DNA of 64,000 bases, taken from the NCBI RefSeq assembly GCF_009914755.1, contig NC_060934.1; one strand, given 5' to 3'. This document shows positions 42,389 to 61,207 of the stretch, piece after piece. This DNA is from the human T2T-CHM13v2.0 reference genome, Homo sapiens. Within the stretch, counting starts at the first letter, position 1. Each line of letters starts with the position of its first letter. The notes under the pieces were generated by a model, which saw only the letters and a list, made by a program, of their open reading frames with translations, made no database searches and was not told the DNA's origin. A program made the position numbers and the translations under genes.

Positions 42389-43037
42389 TCAGTCCCCAGC
42401 AAGGCACTTCCTCAGACACCCCTCCCCTTTCCACCTGCAGCCCTACCTCTCCCCCAGTTAAGCCTGCCTCTGTCCCCAGATCAGAACCTATTCCTAGGAC
42501 AAGCATTTATATCCTCAGGGACCTCTCTTCTTTCATGACCTCTGGTCCACTCTAGGGAAAAAGCAAACACTGCTTCACCAAAACTATGCAGCATGAAGTA
42601 TTTCTCCCTTGCTTAGTTCAGATGGTGGACATAAGCACAGGCTACTCTAGATTCCCTCAACACTCCCCGACTAATAATACTGAAGAATTTCTCGGGAAGC
42701 AGCAGGCCTGTCAAGGAAGGACTATGTTCAATTAGAAGATGATGACCACAGAAATCACAACACAAATAAAAACAGTTCTGGAGGATTAAGTGATTTGTTT
42801 GTGCTTAACACAATGCTGGGCATTTTACGTATTAATTCTTACTTTTACAGACACCCTATAAAGCAGGAGGTATTGTCCCCTTTGTGTAGATGAAGAAAAT
42901 GAACACAGAAGTGTTCTGCTAATGTAGTCATTTTTCTCCCTGGAGTAGTGGCTCTTGCACCTGCCTGGACAGCCCTGGTCCTGATGTGAAAAGCCCCTCC
43001 CAGGAGCGGCTCAGAGGAGGACTCCTGGGCTACTTAC

Positions 43038-43237
43038 GGTCTGCTGTTCGCCTCCACCCCGCTGGCAGCAGTCTTTGACTCCAGGGCATTGTTGAAGTTG
43101 GAGATATTTTCAGAAGAGTAGAGGCCAGCTGGGTTGTTGTACTGGTTTGTGATGACCCTGGCAGTAGTGCTGGAGGCAGGCGAGGCGGTAAAGGGCATGG
43201 CACTTCGGTTGTGGGCGCTTCCTATGTGCAGGACCTC
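43038..43237 (-). CDS. PDLIM1: PDLIM1 exon 4 (200 nt; ZM/ZASP-like motif QYNNPAGLYSSENI)
   Basis: ctgcag|GAG acceptor and ACC|gtaagt donor. Confidence 0.97.
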
Positions 43238-44435
43238 CTGCAGGCAGGGATCAGAGGAGAAATCAAGGGGGGCATCCAATGCAAACCCCTTGATGGGCAG
43301 TGCAGGCTGAGTGCCAGGGAGAGGTGTTCCAGCTGCTAAGATGGCCCTAGTTCAACCCAAACTTCAGCTGAGGGACACTGACACACCCACTGAGATACAC
43401 GGGCAATGACTGGGGAAGTTTCCCACAATGGGCACCTGTGCGAGTTCACACCCCCTGAATCATCTCTACCTTCTGATTCTTCCTTGAGGCCCAGCAAAGC
43501 CTGCCCTCTAAGGCACCCTCAGGCAGGACAGCCCTTGATGCTTTGGGCTGTAAGATTCAAGTCAGAGCTAAAACACGCTTTCAGGGCACATACCAAAGAG
43601 ATTAAAGCACTAGGTGAAGAGAAATATGCAGTCACTTTGGTCAGTGCAAAAGCAGGAGATGATAAAAGGTGGAGATAAATTCTCCATAAGTGAGCAAGTT
43701 AGACAAGCAAGGTAAGAGGGTGTGGTGTCACAGGGGAAGCAGCTGCTGACTAGGCAGAGATGGTCTCAGTCTCCTGCAGAGCAAGGGTAAAGGAAATTAA
43801 GGATCTATTGTTTCTTCTGGGAGAGAGACAAGGCTAATCAGATAGAAGGTCGGGGATACCTGTTACAGGGGCGGTACCCAGCAGAGCTGCAGAAAAGGAC
43901 TTTTGAGTTCCTTGTGTTCTCATTCCCCTCTTTCTGTAATTTGAGAAAGTTCCCTCCACCCCCACCCTAGACTTGTTAAGAGTCAGGTGAATAATTACTA
44001 CAGCTACAACATCTCAGAGCTCCTTTACAAACCCGCAAAGCCACTTTGGAAATTAACATTCCTGTTTTCTAAAACTACAGCTTTTCTACTTTTTCTTTCC
44101 CTCCTGCCAGCATCACAGCTTTTCTGATAGCCTCAATCAGCAAGGTCCTTTCTATATGGGTGTCTGGACAACCCATGGCTTCTAGGTGATGCATGCTCTG
44201 TGCAGCCAGCTGAACTCAAAATGTGTCTTAGCGTCTGTGTTTTCCAGAAAAATCTTCCTGAACTCTAGTCTCTTTCTTAAAACACCCAGGCCCAGAACAG
44301 CTGCCTCCAAAAGAGTTCCTGTCATCTGTTGCACTTCCTTTTTTCTCTCCTTTTTTGTTAAATCTTCAAGTCTTTTATGCTTTCTTAAAAAAAAAAAATC
44401 ATGAAAACTAAAAGCTTTATTGAGTACCTAATTTA

Positions 44436-45410
<975 letters not shown>

Positions 45411-47946
45411 AAAACTTCAGCAGTTATCAAAGAGTAGTTAAGTAAATTTTATGGCACAGCTACCCAAATAAATAATATATAGTAATTAAAGGCTATGGTC
45501 ATGAAGACAGAGATTTACAGATGGGTGGCCTGGTACCCTTGCCTACATGTGCCGCAGCCAGGATGGTCATTCTTTCTTCTTCTCTCCATCACCATGGCAA
45601 TTCCTAGGAGCAGCAGAGGATGCAGAGCCCCAAGGAAGGGTCTTTATTTTTCCGCCTTGGCTCAATTTTTCCCTGCAATTTCCTGTTTGGCAAGGAATAC
45701 CCCTCTAAGCCCATTTTTCATCTTTAAAATGAAGAAGATAAAGCCTTCTTTACAAGGATTTGTGTGAGTTACTAGAGTGTCAAGTACAGTGCCTGGCTCG
45801 TGGCACATATTCAACCAGGGTCTGTTCCCTTCTCCCTCCACCGAAACACATTTCCAATTAGAATGGAAGCCAATGGAAAATTCAGGTTGAAAATTCGGAT
45901 GATTTCACTTTCTAAAGAATCTTTCAAGAATGCATCTGGTTGGTACATAAAAGGAATATCTCTACCCTCATCTGAATACTGACTGGTCTTTCCAGAAAGC
46001 AGGCAGATTCAGGGCTTGCCTTTTAGAAGGGATGATGTAATTGTTTGGGCTTTGTATTTATCAGTCTCCAAGGAAACTCAATAATGAGGAAGTACAAACT
46101 AGGTGTGTAACTATGCTGACCTCAGATAAGCTGGGGTGTTGGTTGGCATTACATGAACCAACTGATCTTTTTATTATAGATGAACTCTGCTCTTACTCAT
46201 TTATCCTCTACTTTAGAATGGCTGGAAGTAAAAGACTGGAAAAATGATGGGTGAGAAGTTTTTCTTACAGTAATAAAGCATTACTAGAATCACAAGAAAA
46301 ATACAAGGGTTTAAAGTATTTGAGAATTTTTGTAATCTGAAGAGAACTACCTTCAAAAGATTAATACAGGTAACTACAGATTTAAAATGAAAATTCAAAT
46401 ATACTACAAATGAAAACTATAACTGAAATTTACATAATTACCTTATTTACATGAAAATGAGGATTTCAGATAGACCAAGTTAAAACGAAATCATTCCCTG
46501 TGTGTTATAAAATATGTAAAAATTAAAATTTAACAATTAAAATTTAACATTTATGGTAAATTTAATGAAGTAGCTGAGAACTCCCAAGGAAACTGAAACT
46601 AACTGTGGCATGTTTTAAATTAGTTTGCACAACTGCCAGTGTATAGACCAAGTGCCATTTTACGAACTTTCCTGAGAGGAGTTGTATAGAAGAATATGTT
46701 CACATCAGTTTTGAAATGATGCAAAATGATCCTTAAAATGACTCTTGGGATTTTTAATAATTATTTTTACTATCTTAATGGCAAAAATTTTATGTGACTT
46801 CGTTTTTGAAATTTTAATGGATTCTATTTGAGAAAATATGACTTATATCCAACCACCCAATTAACACACACTAATATACCAAGTGAGTTCAACTTCATAC
46901 AAGTTTCTGTTTTATGTATAAAAGATAGCTAGCTATATATTGTATTTTAATTACATCTTAATTCACCATAAAAACTAAATAGTATCCCAAATTTAGAAAA
47001 ATAAGTTAAATTTCAAATCTTCAACTTGGGTCAAATGCATAACCATCACAAACCAGTGTAAAATTTTCAAAAGGCATTATCAACATACCTAGTTTATCAT
47101 TACTAATTCATTAATGTATCCAACAGACACATACTTTGAGACAAGTAGCATGTTGGGTGTGAGGAATTTTACAAAAGATGTTCTAAACATCTCTAAGTTT
47201 GTCCCTTATTTCAAAAACAATACCCATGCCTTGTAGATTATTTAGAAGAGGCACATAAGGCAGAAAGAAATAAAATCACCTACAATCCAATAATCCAAGT
47301 ACTGAGAGATTTATTCACAAATATGGGATCTTAGGGCAGTCTACTGTCCTGAGAAATTCTATCTGGGTGACAAATTGTACACTATGTACTGCTTTTTTTT
47401 ATATTAATTGCTGCTTTATTTTAGTAATTTTAAAGTCTCACTAGAAGTTTCACTGTAACAAAAATAGAGATTTCCACTCCATGGCTCATGGAAACCAGAC
47501 AGGGGCATACAGTGGGGAGAAGCAGGGCTTCCTATTACATATTCCCCGATTTCTTCTAGGCTCTAGGCCTCCAGACCTAAACTTATTTTCATCCCTGTCA
47601 TGATTCATTTGTTGCTGAAATCCATAACGAGCTGAATAGCTCCTTGACTTCACTGTGATCCTGCCAACCCTTCCCACGCAGGAAGGCTTCCACCGGCTTC
47701 CCTTATCGCCTTCCGACCCCCTGCTTCCAGCCCAGGACACAGCGTCACTGCCCTGGGGTTTTCCAGCCCTACCCTCCTGCAGTTCCCTTACGGGAAGAAC
47801 TGAACAAGAGCCAGATACCAGCAGTGACAGTGAAGGGTCTTATCCCCAGGCCTCCAGGGCAGGAAAAACAGGAATGTGCTGAGCAGTGTCAGAAACGGCA
47901 AAGTGCTGGGTGGTGAGAGCAGCGGCAACGATGAGCAAGAACTTAC

Positions 47947-48031
47947 CTGGGGTTCAGAGGCTAAATTCATCTTGTATGGATGACGCTTCCCTTCCTCCGT
48001 CACCAGAGGAGACCAGACTTTATGTTCAGAT
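47947..48031 (-). CDS. PDLIM1: PDLIM1 exon 3 (85 nt; [28 protein letters not shown])
   Basis: ttgcag| acceptor and CAG|gtaagt donor; phase fits the neighbouring exons. Confidence 0.96.
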
Positions 48032-48352
48032 CTGCAACAGATTAACAAAGCTGCTGTTTCACTCATGTAAAATAAATAATATATACCAAAGACAAACTGG
48101 AAAAATGCCCCCTCTTTCCTGGACTAGGCACTGAACTAGCACCCTCCCATCAGCTCTACCTTCCATTTGCCACCAGGTTGATCTTTTAAACACCCCAATC
48201 TGATAACATCCATGGCTGATGGCTCCCCAGCATAGCCCCAAGGGGCTTCCCAAGCACTTCATCCTCCCTCACCACACTCTGGGTAGCTGACACCAGCAGT
48301 GTGGTCTCCTCCATGTTCCTAAGCATGACTCACACTGCCCTATCTCTGCTCA

Positions 48353-48788
<436 letters not shown>

Positions 48789-48889
48789 CTATTTTCTTTG
48801 TACCAACCACAGAGCAATGATTTTACTTTAGTCTCAGTTTTCATTAGTGTCGTTGTTTCCTCTCTTGCAGGTAGAAAATATTTATACTT

Positions 48890-49206
<317 letters not shown>

Positions 49207-49813
49207 ATACTTAACTTTATATTTGTCACAATGTCTATGCCAGATATACAAGATGTCCCTTTTCAACATGCCGGTAAACAAATAAAAAATCAATTAATCA
49301 ATGAATGAATGAATGTCCTGAACTCGGGCTTGAAGGAGAGGATTTGGACAAAGATAGAAATGGAGATGAGAATGAAGGGCAGATGTGCTTTTGAGGGGGT
49401 AGTAATAACACAGTGTACCTCTCATGGGGTAGGTCTCTGAAGTGTACAAAATATTTTTATATACTCCCCCACACTCAATCCACCTGCCAGTCCTGTGCCA
49501 CAAAGCAAAAAAAAAAAAGCAAAAAACATACTTCACAGATGAGAATCTAACCAAAGGCTCCATGACAAAGAGCTGTGGCAGCTAAGGTTAGTGAGATAAC
49601 AGGTGATCAGAATGAAACATCTGAATTTGATGCAGTAGGAAACAGGGAGCCAACTGAGGGTTGAACCAAATCACTTCCGAAATCCTGCCTTTGCGGGACC
49701 CCTTCCAAGGCTAAATGAAAGAAGAATGGAAATTCTACCCTAATTACAGCTCCCAAGGTGCTACCCTCATTCATTCTTTTATCCCCAGCACTCCTTGCTT
49801 GTCATGTACCTAA

Positions 49814-50219
<406 letters not shown>

Positions 50220-50281
50220 AGGACATTTTACTTACTCAAAATTTTGGTTGAGTTGGATCAAGTGAAAATGCAAGTATCTTA

Positions 50282-50764
<483 letters not shown>

Positions 50765-50802
50765 TCAATCAGAAATGAACAAAACGTTTCCATAGGCTTC
50801 AC

Positions 50803-50954
50803 CTGGCTACAGTGAGAGTCAAGTTGTCTGTGCAGCCTTTGATTCTGTTCTGAGCTTCCAAGTGTGTCATATTGCTAGTATTTTCCCCATCAATGGCTGT
50901 GATTACATCTCCAATACATAAATTAGCTAGAGCCGCCTTGCTTCCAGGAGTGAC
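50803..50954 (-). CDS. PDLIM1: PDLIM1 exon 2 (152 nt; PDZ domain [51 protein letters not shown])
   Basis: Translated by hand (absent from the ORF track); ttctag|GTC acceptor and CAG|gtgaag donor; PDZ signature. Confidence 0.96.
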
Positions 50955-51555
50955 CTAGAAAAAAAGGGGAAAGCAGGCTAGTTACTATTTGTCTCCAAAC
51001 CACTAAGTTACCACCAAGTTAAGTATTCACTGATATGGAGCAAAGCCCTGAAAAAGAAAAGAGGGCTGAAATCATAGCTTAAATAATAACAATCATTTAT
51101 ATTATCATTGACAAAGAGGGCTTTTCTAATATGATCTCATTGTATCCCTATAGCAACCTTATGAGAAAGGAGGACAAATAGCAGTCCCCATTTCCAAGAC
51201 CAGGATCTGAGGCTTAGAAAGACCTATGACTTACCCAGGATCACCCAACTAGTATATTATTATATTACTGGTCCTCCAACTAGTGTATTACTGAGCCAGG
51301 AAACAAACCCCGAACAGATCTGATGTCCTTCCCACTGAACCACGTTTGCTTCCTTAAAATTAGTTAACAATTACATTTAAAAAAACACACACACACACAT
51401 TTAGAGAACATTATATACTATAATACCCTATTTCTTTAAAAATCTTAATAATGTTATATATACAAAAGAAAGTGGAAACACTGCACACTAAATTGTTCAC
51501 AGTTATACAGTTTTGCAATGTTTTTTACAATAATATTGAATTACTTTTTAATTTA

Positions 51556-51865
<310 letters not shown>

Positions 51866-53463
51866 AAAAAAAAATTGTTAAAAGCAATCAAGGATATCCT
51901 AAAGTATGGTAGTATAGGTTTATACTGGTTTAATCTCCCAAAATGACTAGGGTCATTCCCTATAGACGGCTGGTTTTCTGCAGACTGATGCTTCTAAAAC
52001 CAGTGGTTCCAAATTGACAGATCACTGATGCTTGGGGGAAGCCAATCAATTACTGCAATAGGTCCTTAAATTCACCTGCCTACAGAGCAATACATGCGGA
52101 CTCAATACATATCACATCTCCTACACTGATGTACAACCATTTTTCAAGTGAATACAGATGCTATTAGAATGAACAAGATCCAAACTCATTTTGAAATAGT
52201 ACTCACCTCAGAGTACTATCTCTAACCAAGGTATCTGGTTAGATTTTCTAAACTAAGGTATACTAAAAATATTACTGTCATCATCCCAGGGTAAGTTCAC
52301 AACTTTTTTTTTCCACATTACAAGACCTTCCTGGATGGGAATTCCAAGTCCGCAGGATCAAGGTGGCAGTAACACCCCCAGGCTCCCAGTGCCCACAGGG
52401 CTCTGGCCACCCTTTGGAGAAGGCCCTTGACTCTCGGGATCCAGTTGAGGAAGATCTTATGAACACCTGGGTGTCTCCTTATGGCTGAACCACAGGTAAC
52501 AGGTTCTTCAAGGCACCAAACCAGGACACACAAGTTGGGTCCTAAACCTCAGTATCTGATGCAGTTTTCAGCAGCTACAGTTTCCGATTAGCCCTCAGCG
52601 CAGCTAGTGTGGTGCCGCTATTATGGTGCATTCCCCATCAGCACCCTGACCCCAAAAAATGAGGACAAGTTGATCCTTGAGGTCCCTTCTGGCCCGCACA
52701 TGCTATGACTTTATCAGGCAAAACTCTCCTGGAATGTGGCAGGATGTGGAAACCAGTACCGAGATCCTGACCTCCTAACCTTCCTTTCTGGCTCTCCCAT
52801 CATTTGTTTACCAGAGATCTGGGTTTTAGGAAACGAAAGCAGCCTCCTGATTCAAGGTTCAGATCGTCCCCTCATCCAGCCACTGGGACAGGACTTTTTA
52901 TCCAGGCAAGCACAGGCCGCTCTCATTTCAGTCAACAATGAGAGTTAGCTTCTGAGTCATCCAGTGCATGCAATAAAAAAAAATTCCTCCGTTTTCTGAC
53001 CTGTTGTCCTGAGAAGACTGATCTGGTGCATCTTCATACACACTTCACTGTTACTAAAGGACAACGCAGGCTCAGTTTTTAAACGGCTCTAAGCATCATT
53101 TTATTTGGGATTGGCAAGCGTTCTTGACTGACAAACTCTAACTCCAAGGAGAGCAGCCTGAATCAAGGAGAATAATGCCTTATGGAATTCATTTATCATA
53201 GCTAAATCTAGCAGTTTCAAAGAGCAGTCCCCTTAGGATGAAATCCAAAATCTTTAACAAGGCCGCTAAAGCCAGTGCCTCCCTCCCCACCCACATCATG
53301 CCTCTTCCCCACTGGGCTCCAGCTACAGGGCCTCAGGACTTTCACACCTGCCTTTACCTCTGCCTGATTAACTTCTCATCTTCCAAGTGTCTGTGTAAAC
53401 AACCCTTCTTCTCAAAGAGGCCTTCCTTCACCTCCAATCTAAGCTATACCCCCACAGTCATCC

Positions 53464-53876
<413 letters not shown>

Positions 53877-53917
53877 TAAGGTGCATGAGGGCAGGATTTT
53901 GTCTGCCTTCTGTGCTG

Positions 53918-54599
53918 TGATATTGCAAAAATTTTAACAGTGAGAAAATTATGACAGTTAAAGATCTGGCCTAACCAATTTCATCTTGCCTTTAACCTCC
54001 AAACTGTCTTTGGTCATTCCTGGACATCAGCAAAGCTAACTTCCGGAGAAATTTTAGTGTATAGTTTAAATGATGGTAGCACTTTCCAAAACTAAACTGT
54101 CTGAAAAACTAACGAAAGACCACCAGGTTAGGAGGATGAGAGGGGCCTGAATTCTGCTAAGATGTAGGCATAGTTAAATGATTACCAGCCATTACTCCAG
54201 AGCTCACAATATTTGCAACTTCCCCAGTTACTCCTGTAAATAACACCCCTATTGTAGAACCTAAGATTGGCCTTTTGCGATGTCCTTTCAGGCTTTTGCA
54301 TTTCTGACTACCTACTGGATGCCCCCCGACCAAGATGCGAACTCAACACACTGTTTTCCACACCCCTGTGATGGCATGCCCAACCAATCAGCATTCACCT
54401 TCCCTAGCCCCCTGCCTGCCGAACTATCTTTGAAAACCCCTAGCCTTCAACTTTCATGGAGGCTGATTTGAGTAATAATAAAACTCTAGTCTTCCATTTA
54501 GCCAGCTCTACGTGTATTAAACTTTCTGTATTGCAAATCCCCTGTCTTGATAAATCAGCTCTATCTGGGCAATGGGCAAGAACCCACTGGGCAGTTACA
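53918..54599 (+). mobile_element. Solo LTR8A/B-like ERV1 LTR
   Basis: ttgcaaaaattttaacagtgagaaaattatgacag...gggcagttaca; about 680 bp. Confidence 0.82.
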
Positions 54600-56097
54600 G
54601 TATCCTCAACACCCAATAACTGGAACATAGTAGGTGCTCAATAAATATCTGTATAATAAATGATTGGCTCTAAAACACCTAGTGTTGTTAAATATGTAAT
54701 CAGCCTGCTTCATTTTATCCTTTAAAATGAATTATTTCAAAAACATCAAAAATATTTTTATTTCAAAAATGAAATAATCATTTCCCTCTACACTGCTATC
54801 CTGAAGCATGACCACTCACAAAACTCAAATGAGATTGGAACTGGAGAGGTTGAGAAGATGAAAAAGAAGTTTCCTTTCACTTTTTTACGGTGAACTGCTG
54901 AGAAGTCCAGAATGTCCAGCATTTGGTTCCAACTGTTTTGTGGGAGAGACATTTCTGCTAAGTATATCCCAACAGGTCCTGGACAAGCTAGAACCAGTCT
55001 TAGGCGCCCCAAGCCTGAGTAATTGAGGTCTGGTCATCCTATCTTTCAGTATAATTTCTTTGTTTTTTTTTTAAAGCCAAACTGGTAAGAAGCCAAAGGA
55101 AATCTCAGAAAGTCACAAGCAACATCAGATAGGACTTGAAAGAAATTACACATACAGATTAAGTTCACATTCTTTTATGAGCTATCTTTTTTAGGGGAAA
55201 AAATTGATTTAAACAAATAATGGGATTTGCCTTTCCAAAGCCCTTTCATATACAATCTCCTATTTGAGATAATAATATGATTACCTCACCACCAACATAT
55301 TAGATAAACTTTACAGATGAGGAAATTGAGATTCAGAAAAATTGTGAGTGGTTCAAGTTCACACAGCTAAAGGCTGAGCCTGAACTTGAAAGGCTCTCTC
55401 ATTGCAAATTCCATTCCTTTTTGCTTTAGCACATTGCCACAAGCAGAGGCTCCAAACTCAACTGTCAAAGCCAAAAAAAAAAAATCCAGGAGACTCATCT
55501 GCAGTGGCCTTCTACATAGGACCTGGAGTGTCACAAAGTCCTGATGCTGGCTGAGTGCCTCCCTACCACAGGACAGTCACTCCCCTGCCCTGTACTGATC
55601 TGGGGCCCAGTAACCCCACCCATTATAAAATTTACAAACCATAACACAGAAGTGACAAGGATTACAGGAGAGAAGGCCTGTGCCTCCAACACTGGATAGT
55701 TCCTGTCTTGAATGGTGGATTCCAATCCTTGCCAAACACTATTTATCACAATCATAATCAAAATGACAGCCATCAGTTAATGAGCGTTTAGGTACCAAGC
55801 ATGACAAAGTCTTTAGCAAGGGTTAACTCACCAATATTCACGTGATGCTACCAGACAGGCAATGTTATCTGCATCATTACAGATGAGGAAATGGAGGAAC
55901 AGGGGTTAAGCAGTTTGCCTGAGGTTGCACAGCTGGTGAGCGGCAGGCCACAGCAGGCTCCAGAGTCCACCCACTTAACCAACTAGGCCACACTATCTGC
56001 TCTAATTTCCTCCTGACCATCAAGTTCCATCAGAACCAGCTCATAATAGAGTCAGCTTCAGTTTCCTAAAAAAAAAAAAAAAAAAAAAAAACTTCTG

Positions 56098-56399
<302 letters not shown>

Positions 56400-56504
56400 T
56401 TATATACTCACTCCCATTAGTTCAATGAACGTGCCATTGCCAGCCTTTTTCCCCAGAGACCATACAACTAGATCACACAACTCTTGCTGCATAAGAATAA
56501 ATGG

Positions 56505-56898
<394 letters not shown>

Positions 56899-58169
56899 TC
56901 ATTCTTGTGTCCCTCACTCTTCGTCCCCACCAGCACCCCAGGCAGACACTGCTTGCTTAGAGGCCAACATGTTCTCCACTCCAAGTTCATAATGCATCTT
57001 TAAGACCTGTCCACTGCTGCCAGTCCTGAGCACATAAGAAGGTGTTTGAAGTTTAACTGCACTTCTAACTGGTGTAAATAAAATCGGATGATGATGTAGC
57101 TCTCCCACTTTCTTCAACTTACATTTAAATAACTACATACCTAAATGACACTACTATCATACAGAACTGGATGCATACCCATGACAAATAAAAAGATAAC
57201 CCTCCTCCTCAGTGATAATGGCATGTTTCTACTTCATCCCTCCCCTGTTCCTTCTTTCTCTCTCTGTTCATTCACTTATCAGACATCCTTATGTACATTC
57301 TGAAAGACAGTGTAACTTGTTCATTAAGATGTGGTTTCTGGAGTCAGATGGCCAGGGTTCAAGTCCTGCCTGGCTTGTGAGCTAAGTGTCCTTGGGCAGG
57401 GTATTTCACCTCTGTGTAAACAAGGATGCACCAAGGATGAAAAGAACAGCTTTGACATCAGAAGGCTGTTGCGAGGATTACATTAGGCAATTCAGGCAGA
57501 GCCCCCACTGTCAGGGCTCCAGAAATGTGAGCTATTGTTTGTAGATTCCAGGAACCACACAAGGCACTGGAACTCAGCTGTGAAAAGGGTGGTGCCTGCC
57601 ATCAAGAAGCTCACAGTCTCCTGGGGGGAGACAAGCATGTACAACAGCTGATGAGTGTTGTGCTAGAACCAACAAGGTAGTAGGGGCCTAAAGGTGGAAT
57701 CACGGAACACTCCCTGGAGGAGGTGCTGCTTAAAACTGTGCAAAGCCACAAAAGGAAAAAAGCAAAAGGAAAGAGCATGCCAAGTCTCAAAAAAAAAAAA
57801 GAAAAGAAAAGAAAGAAATTTAGCAAGCGAAGGGAGAGGAAGAGGATGAGGCTGTAGATGTAAACACAGACTAGGAGACCAACAAAGAAATTGAAACATA
57901 GCATCTGACATTGACTGCCCAGTCAACTGCCAAGAAACAACCACTGAGCCTTAGCTCTGCTGAGATTAAGGTGACTGCATTTGACAGATACTCTAACCGA
58001 CGCTCAAAGAAGCAAACCCATTCAAGGGGTCACCCGTTTTGGGCCTCTAGGTCAGCCATTCTGTGGCTGGCTTTCCCTAGCAGGTCTTTCAGAAGGCAGT
58101 CCTACTTAAAAATCACATGTTCTACTGACAGCTAGATGGGGTTCCTTTAACTCTCTGGCTCAAGATTGA

Positions 58170-58470
58170 AAGCTAGAGGCCTGTGAAATGGACCCAGCCA
58201 ACAGTCTTGTTTTTTTTCTTACATTTAAATTACATGCCAATATTTATATATCAACAAAATCACTCAAACCCCTAGATTCGCAGCTTCTTTAGAAAAATCA
58301 GAAAATCTGGCAATTCTGGGCCTAGATTCCCATATGGCAACAATCAGCACCAAATGAGGAGCCTCTGATCCTCTATATGAGACACATGCTCTCCATTTAG
58401 CCACAGGCTCTACCATGCTCTACTGCCCCAGCCACAGAAACCCAGTACCTGTTACCATTTATGATCATTC
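58170..58470. mobile_element. MER102-like hAT remnant
   Basis: gaaaaatcagaaaatctggcaa...ttcccatatggcaacaatc. Confidence 0.65.
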
Positions 58471-59234
58471 TTGCAGCTATTAATTTTCTGACTATCTCAC
58501 CTACTCAAAACTCATTTATTATGGTATATAAGTTTCTAGCCATTTTTTCCCATTCTAATACACACATATAATTATACTTTATACCACAATATAACTACCT
58601 TCTTGACTCTTCTAATACAGTATGGGGAAAAAATAATTGAGCAGAGCTTACTGGGTGAGGCAATTCAAACCCCAACTCTAACGCTTTTCCTCTCTACTGC
58701 CTTAAAGGGTGCCAGTTTTTAGGGGAAATCATTTTGGAGGTCTGGTCCACATCATTTGTTGATTCAACCAACACGCTGAGCTCTGCATGCTACACACTGG
58801 GCTGAGTCAGAGTTTACTGTGATTACTCAGGGGAGCAAAACGTTGTCCCTGTGCTAGAAATGGTTTGGACTAGGGATTATAATTTGCCTTCTGTAAAATT
58901 ACTAAAGCAGAAATGGATGCAGCAAGAAAATGTGATTCTCAAACAAGCCAAGCAACATTCTCATTTAATTCTCATAGGCAAAGAAACAGTTTTGGTGGGC
59001 AAAGAAAGAAAAGATAGCAGAGATCCCACTGGGGACCCACTGGGATTCAGCGATGAGGAAAAATATTATTTACCAGGCAACTTCCTGCTGCAAACAGGCC
59101 ATATGCTTCAATTCTAGGCAACATAAACCCAATGCCAAGTTCTTAAAAGTTGCATTTTTTAAAGTGTTCTTTTACATATATAACATACAGAATTTAACAA
59201 AAATGAGTAAGTATGAGCATATTAGTCCTTTTTA

Positions 59235-59587
<353 letters not shown>

Positions 59588-60467
59588 CTAGCCCCTTGAT
59601 ACAAATGAGTTTGTGACCACTGGCTCAGTTTAAAAGTTATGGAAAGCATGATTATATGTAGAAATACTTTATGACTAGGATTACCAAATGCCCTGATTTG
59701 CCCAAAACAGCTTAACTATCAAGACCACCCCATTTCATTCTCAGAAGTACTCCAGCCTGGATAATAAACAGTACTGTTGCCTTTTTGACAGAGGTGGGGG
59801 TTTTAACCAAATATTTGTCAAATGGTTTAAATGGTTCTCAGGCAGAGGTTTTTGCTTTGTTTTATTTTTTTCTTTTTCTTGAGGGAAAAACCGTGTCTAT
59901 TCAGAAGGCTTATTTGTGGACAGGACTACAGGTCAATTTCCTGACTCTTTATGGAACGTTGTTAACCTTGCCCCTTGGAGTTGGCTCTAAACCTCAGGCC
60001 AGAAATCAACCCCACTCACCAATACTCAGCCAACTGTGATATTTGCAAGGATGAGGCAATGGTTTTCAAACAGGTTGGTCATCAGATCCCATGGGGGCAG
60101 GGATTCAAAATATAGATAGAGCTCCACAACCCATCTCAGATCCACCAAAGACAGCCTATACAGTGAAACCCAAGAACCCATACCTTTTTAAAGCTTCCCA
60201 GAAAATGTTAATGCTCATCAGGTTTGGAAACACCAAGAGAGATGATGACTATGACTATCTTTTCCCCTTAAACTCTCTCCCTGAATGAAGTTAAAGTCAT
60301 CAGGTAGACAAAAAGTAATTAGACCCTAAAATCTCAGCTCCTCCAGAAACACCTTCAAGGGCAGAACTTATACTCCTATAAAATACATACAAAGCCCTTG
60401 AAAGGAATATCCATTAGAATAGTATTCCTCTATCTCTTACCAAAACAGACTTAAAAAAAAAAAAATA

Positions 60468-60760
60468 GGCCAGGCAGGGATGGCTCATGCCTATAATCCC
60501 AGTACTTTGGGAGGCCACAGCAGGAAGACTGCTTAAGCCCAGGATCTTGAAACTAGTCCGGGCAACATAGTGGGACCCTGTCTGAACAAGAAATTAAAAA
60601 TTAGCCAGGCATGTAGTCCCAGCTACTCAAGGAGACTGAGGTGGAAGGATCGCTTAAACTGGGAGGAAGTGGAGGCTGCAGTTAGCTATGATAGCACCAC
60701 TACACTCCAGCTTGGGCAATAGAGCAGGATGCTGTCTCAAACAAAACACAAACAAAAAAA
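60468..60760 (+). mobile_element. AluJ
   Basis: Diverged dimeric Alu. Confidence 0.88.
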
Positions 60761-60825
60761 TACAGCCCCTGTAATGTTGGTTAACACCCCTGAAAATGCT
60801 ATGCAAATGAAGCATTGCATAAGTA

Positions 60826-60960
60826 ATTTTGTTGTTTTTTTTAAATAGAGATGGGGTCTCACTGTGTTGGCCAAGGTGGTCTTGAACTCCTGGCCTCAAG
60901 CAATCCTCACACCTCGGCCTTCCAAAGTGCTAGTTTCACAGGCATGAGCCACTGCGTCCA
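60826..60960 (-). mobile_element. Alu monomer (FLAM-like)
   Basis: Reverse single arm. Confidence 0.8.
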
Positions 60961-61186
60961 ACCAGTAGAAGTATAATAACTCCAAACAAGATATCTAAAT
61001 AACTCGACGTGGGTCCTATTTTCCCTTGGCCAGAAAACTCACAGCTAAATGTAGTGTGCAATTACAGAACCAACTGATTTAAAGTTCCTGGCACTTCTCT
61101 CTCTTTCCTCTTCCATGTTCCAATTTTTTGTTAAATCTTATATGTGTTCTTGTGTTTTAAATATTGTAAATGTGTAAGTAAGTGAA

Positions 61187-61207
61187 AGACAAGCCTAAGA
61201 CAAGCCT
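61187..61207. promoter_or_regulatory. Candidate p53/p63 response element
   Basis: AGACAAGCCT-a-AGACAAGCCT: two exact RRRCWWGYYY half-sites with a 1-bp spacer. Confidence 0.4.

Noticed and set aside
59022-59047. Near-palindrome ATCCCACTGGG-GA-CCCACTGGGAT
   Set aside because: Short, contains a mismatch, and is explainable by a 9-bp duplication or chance
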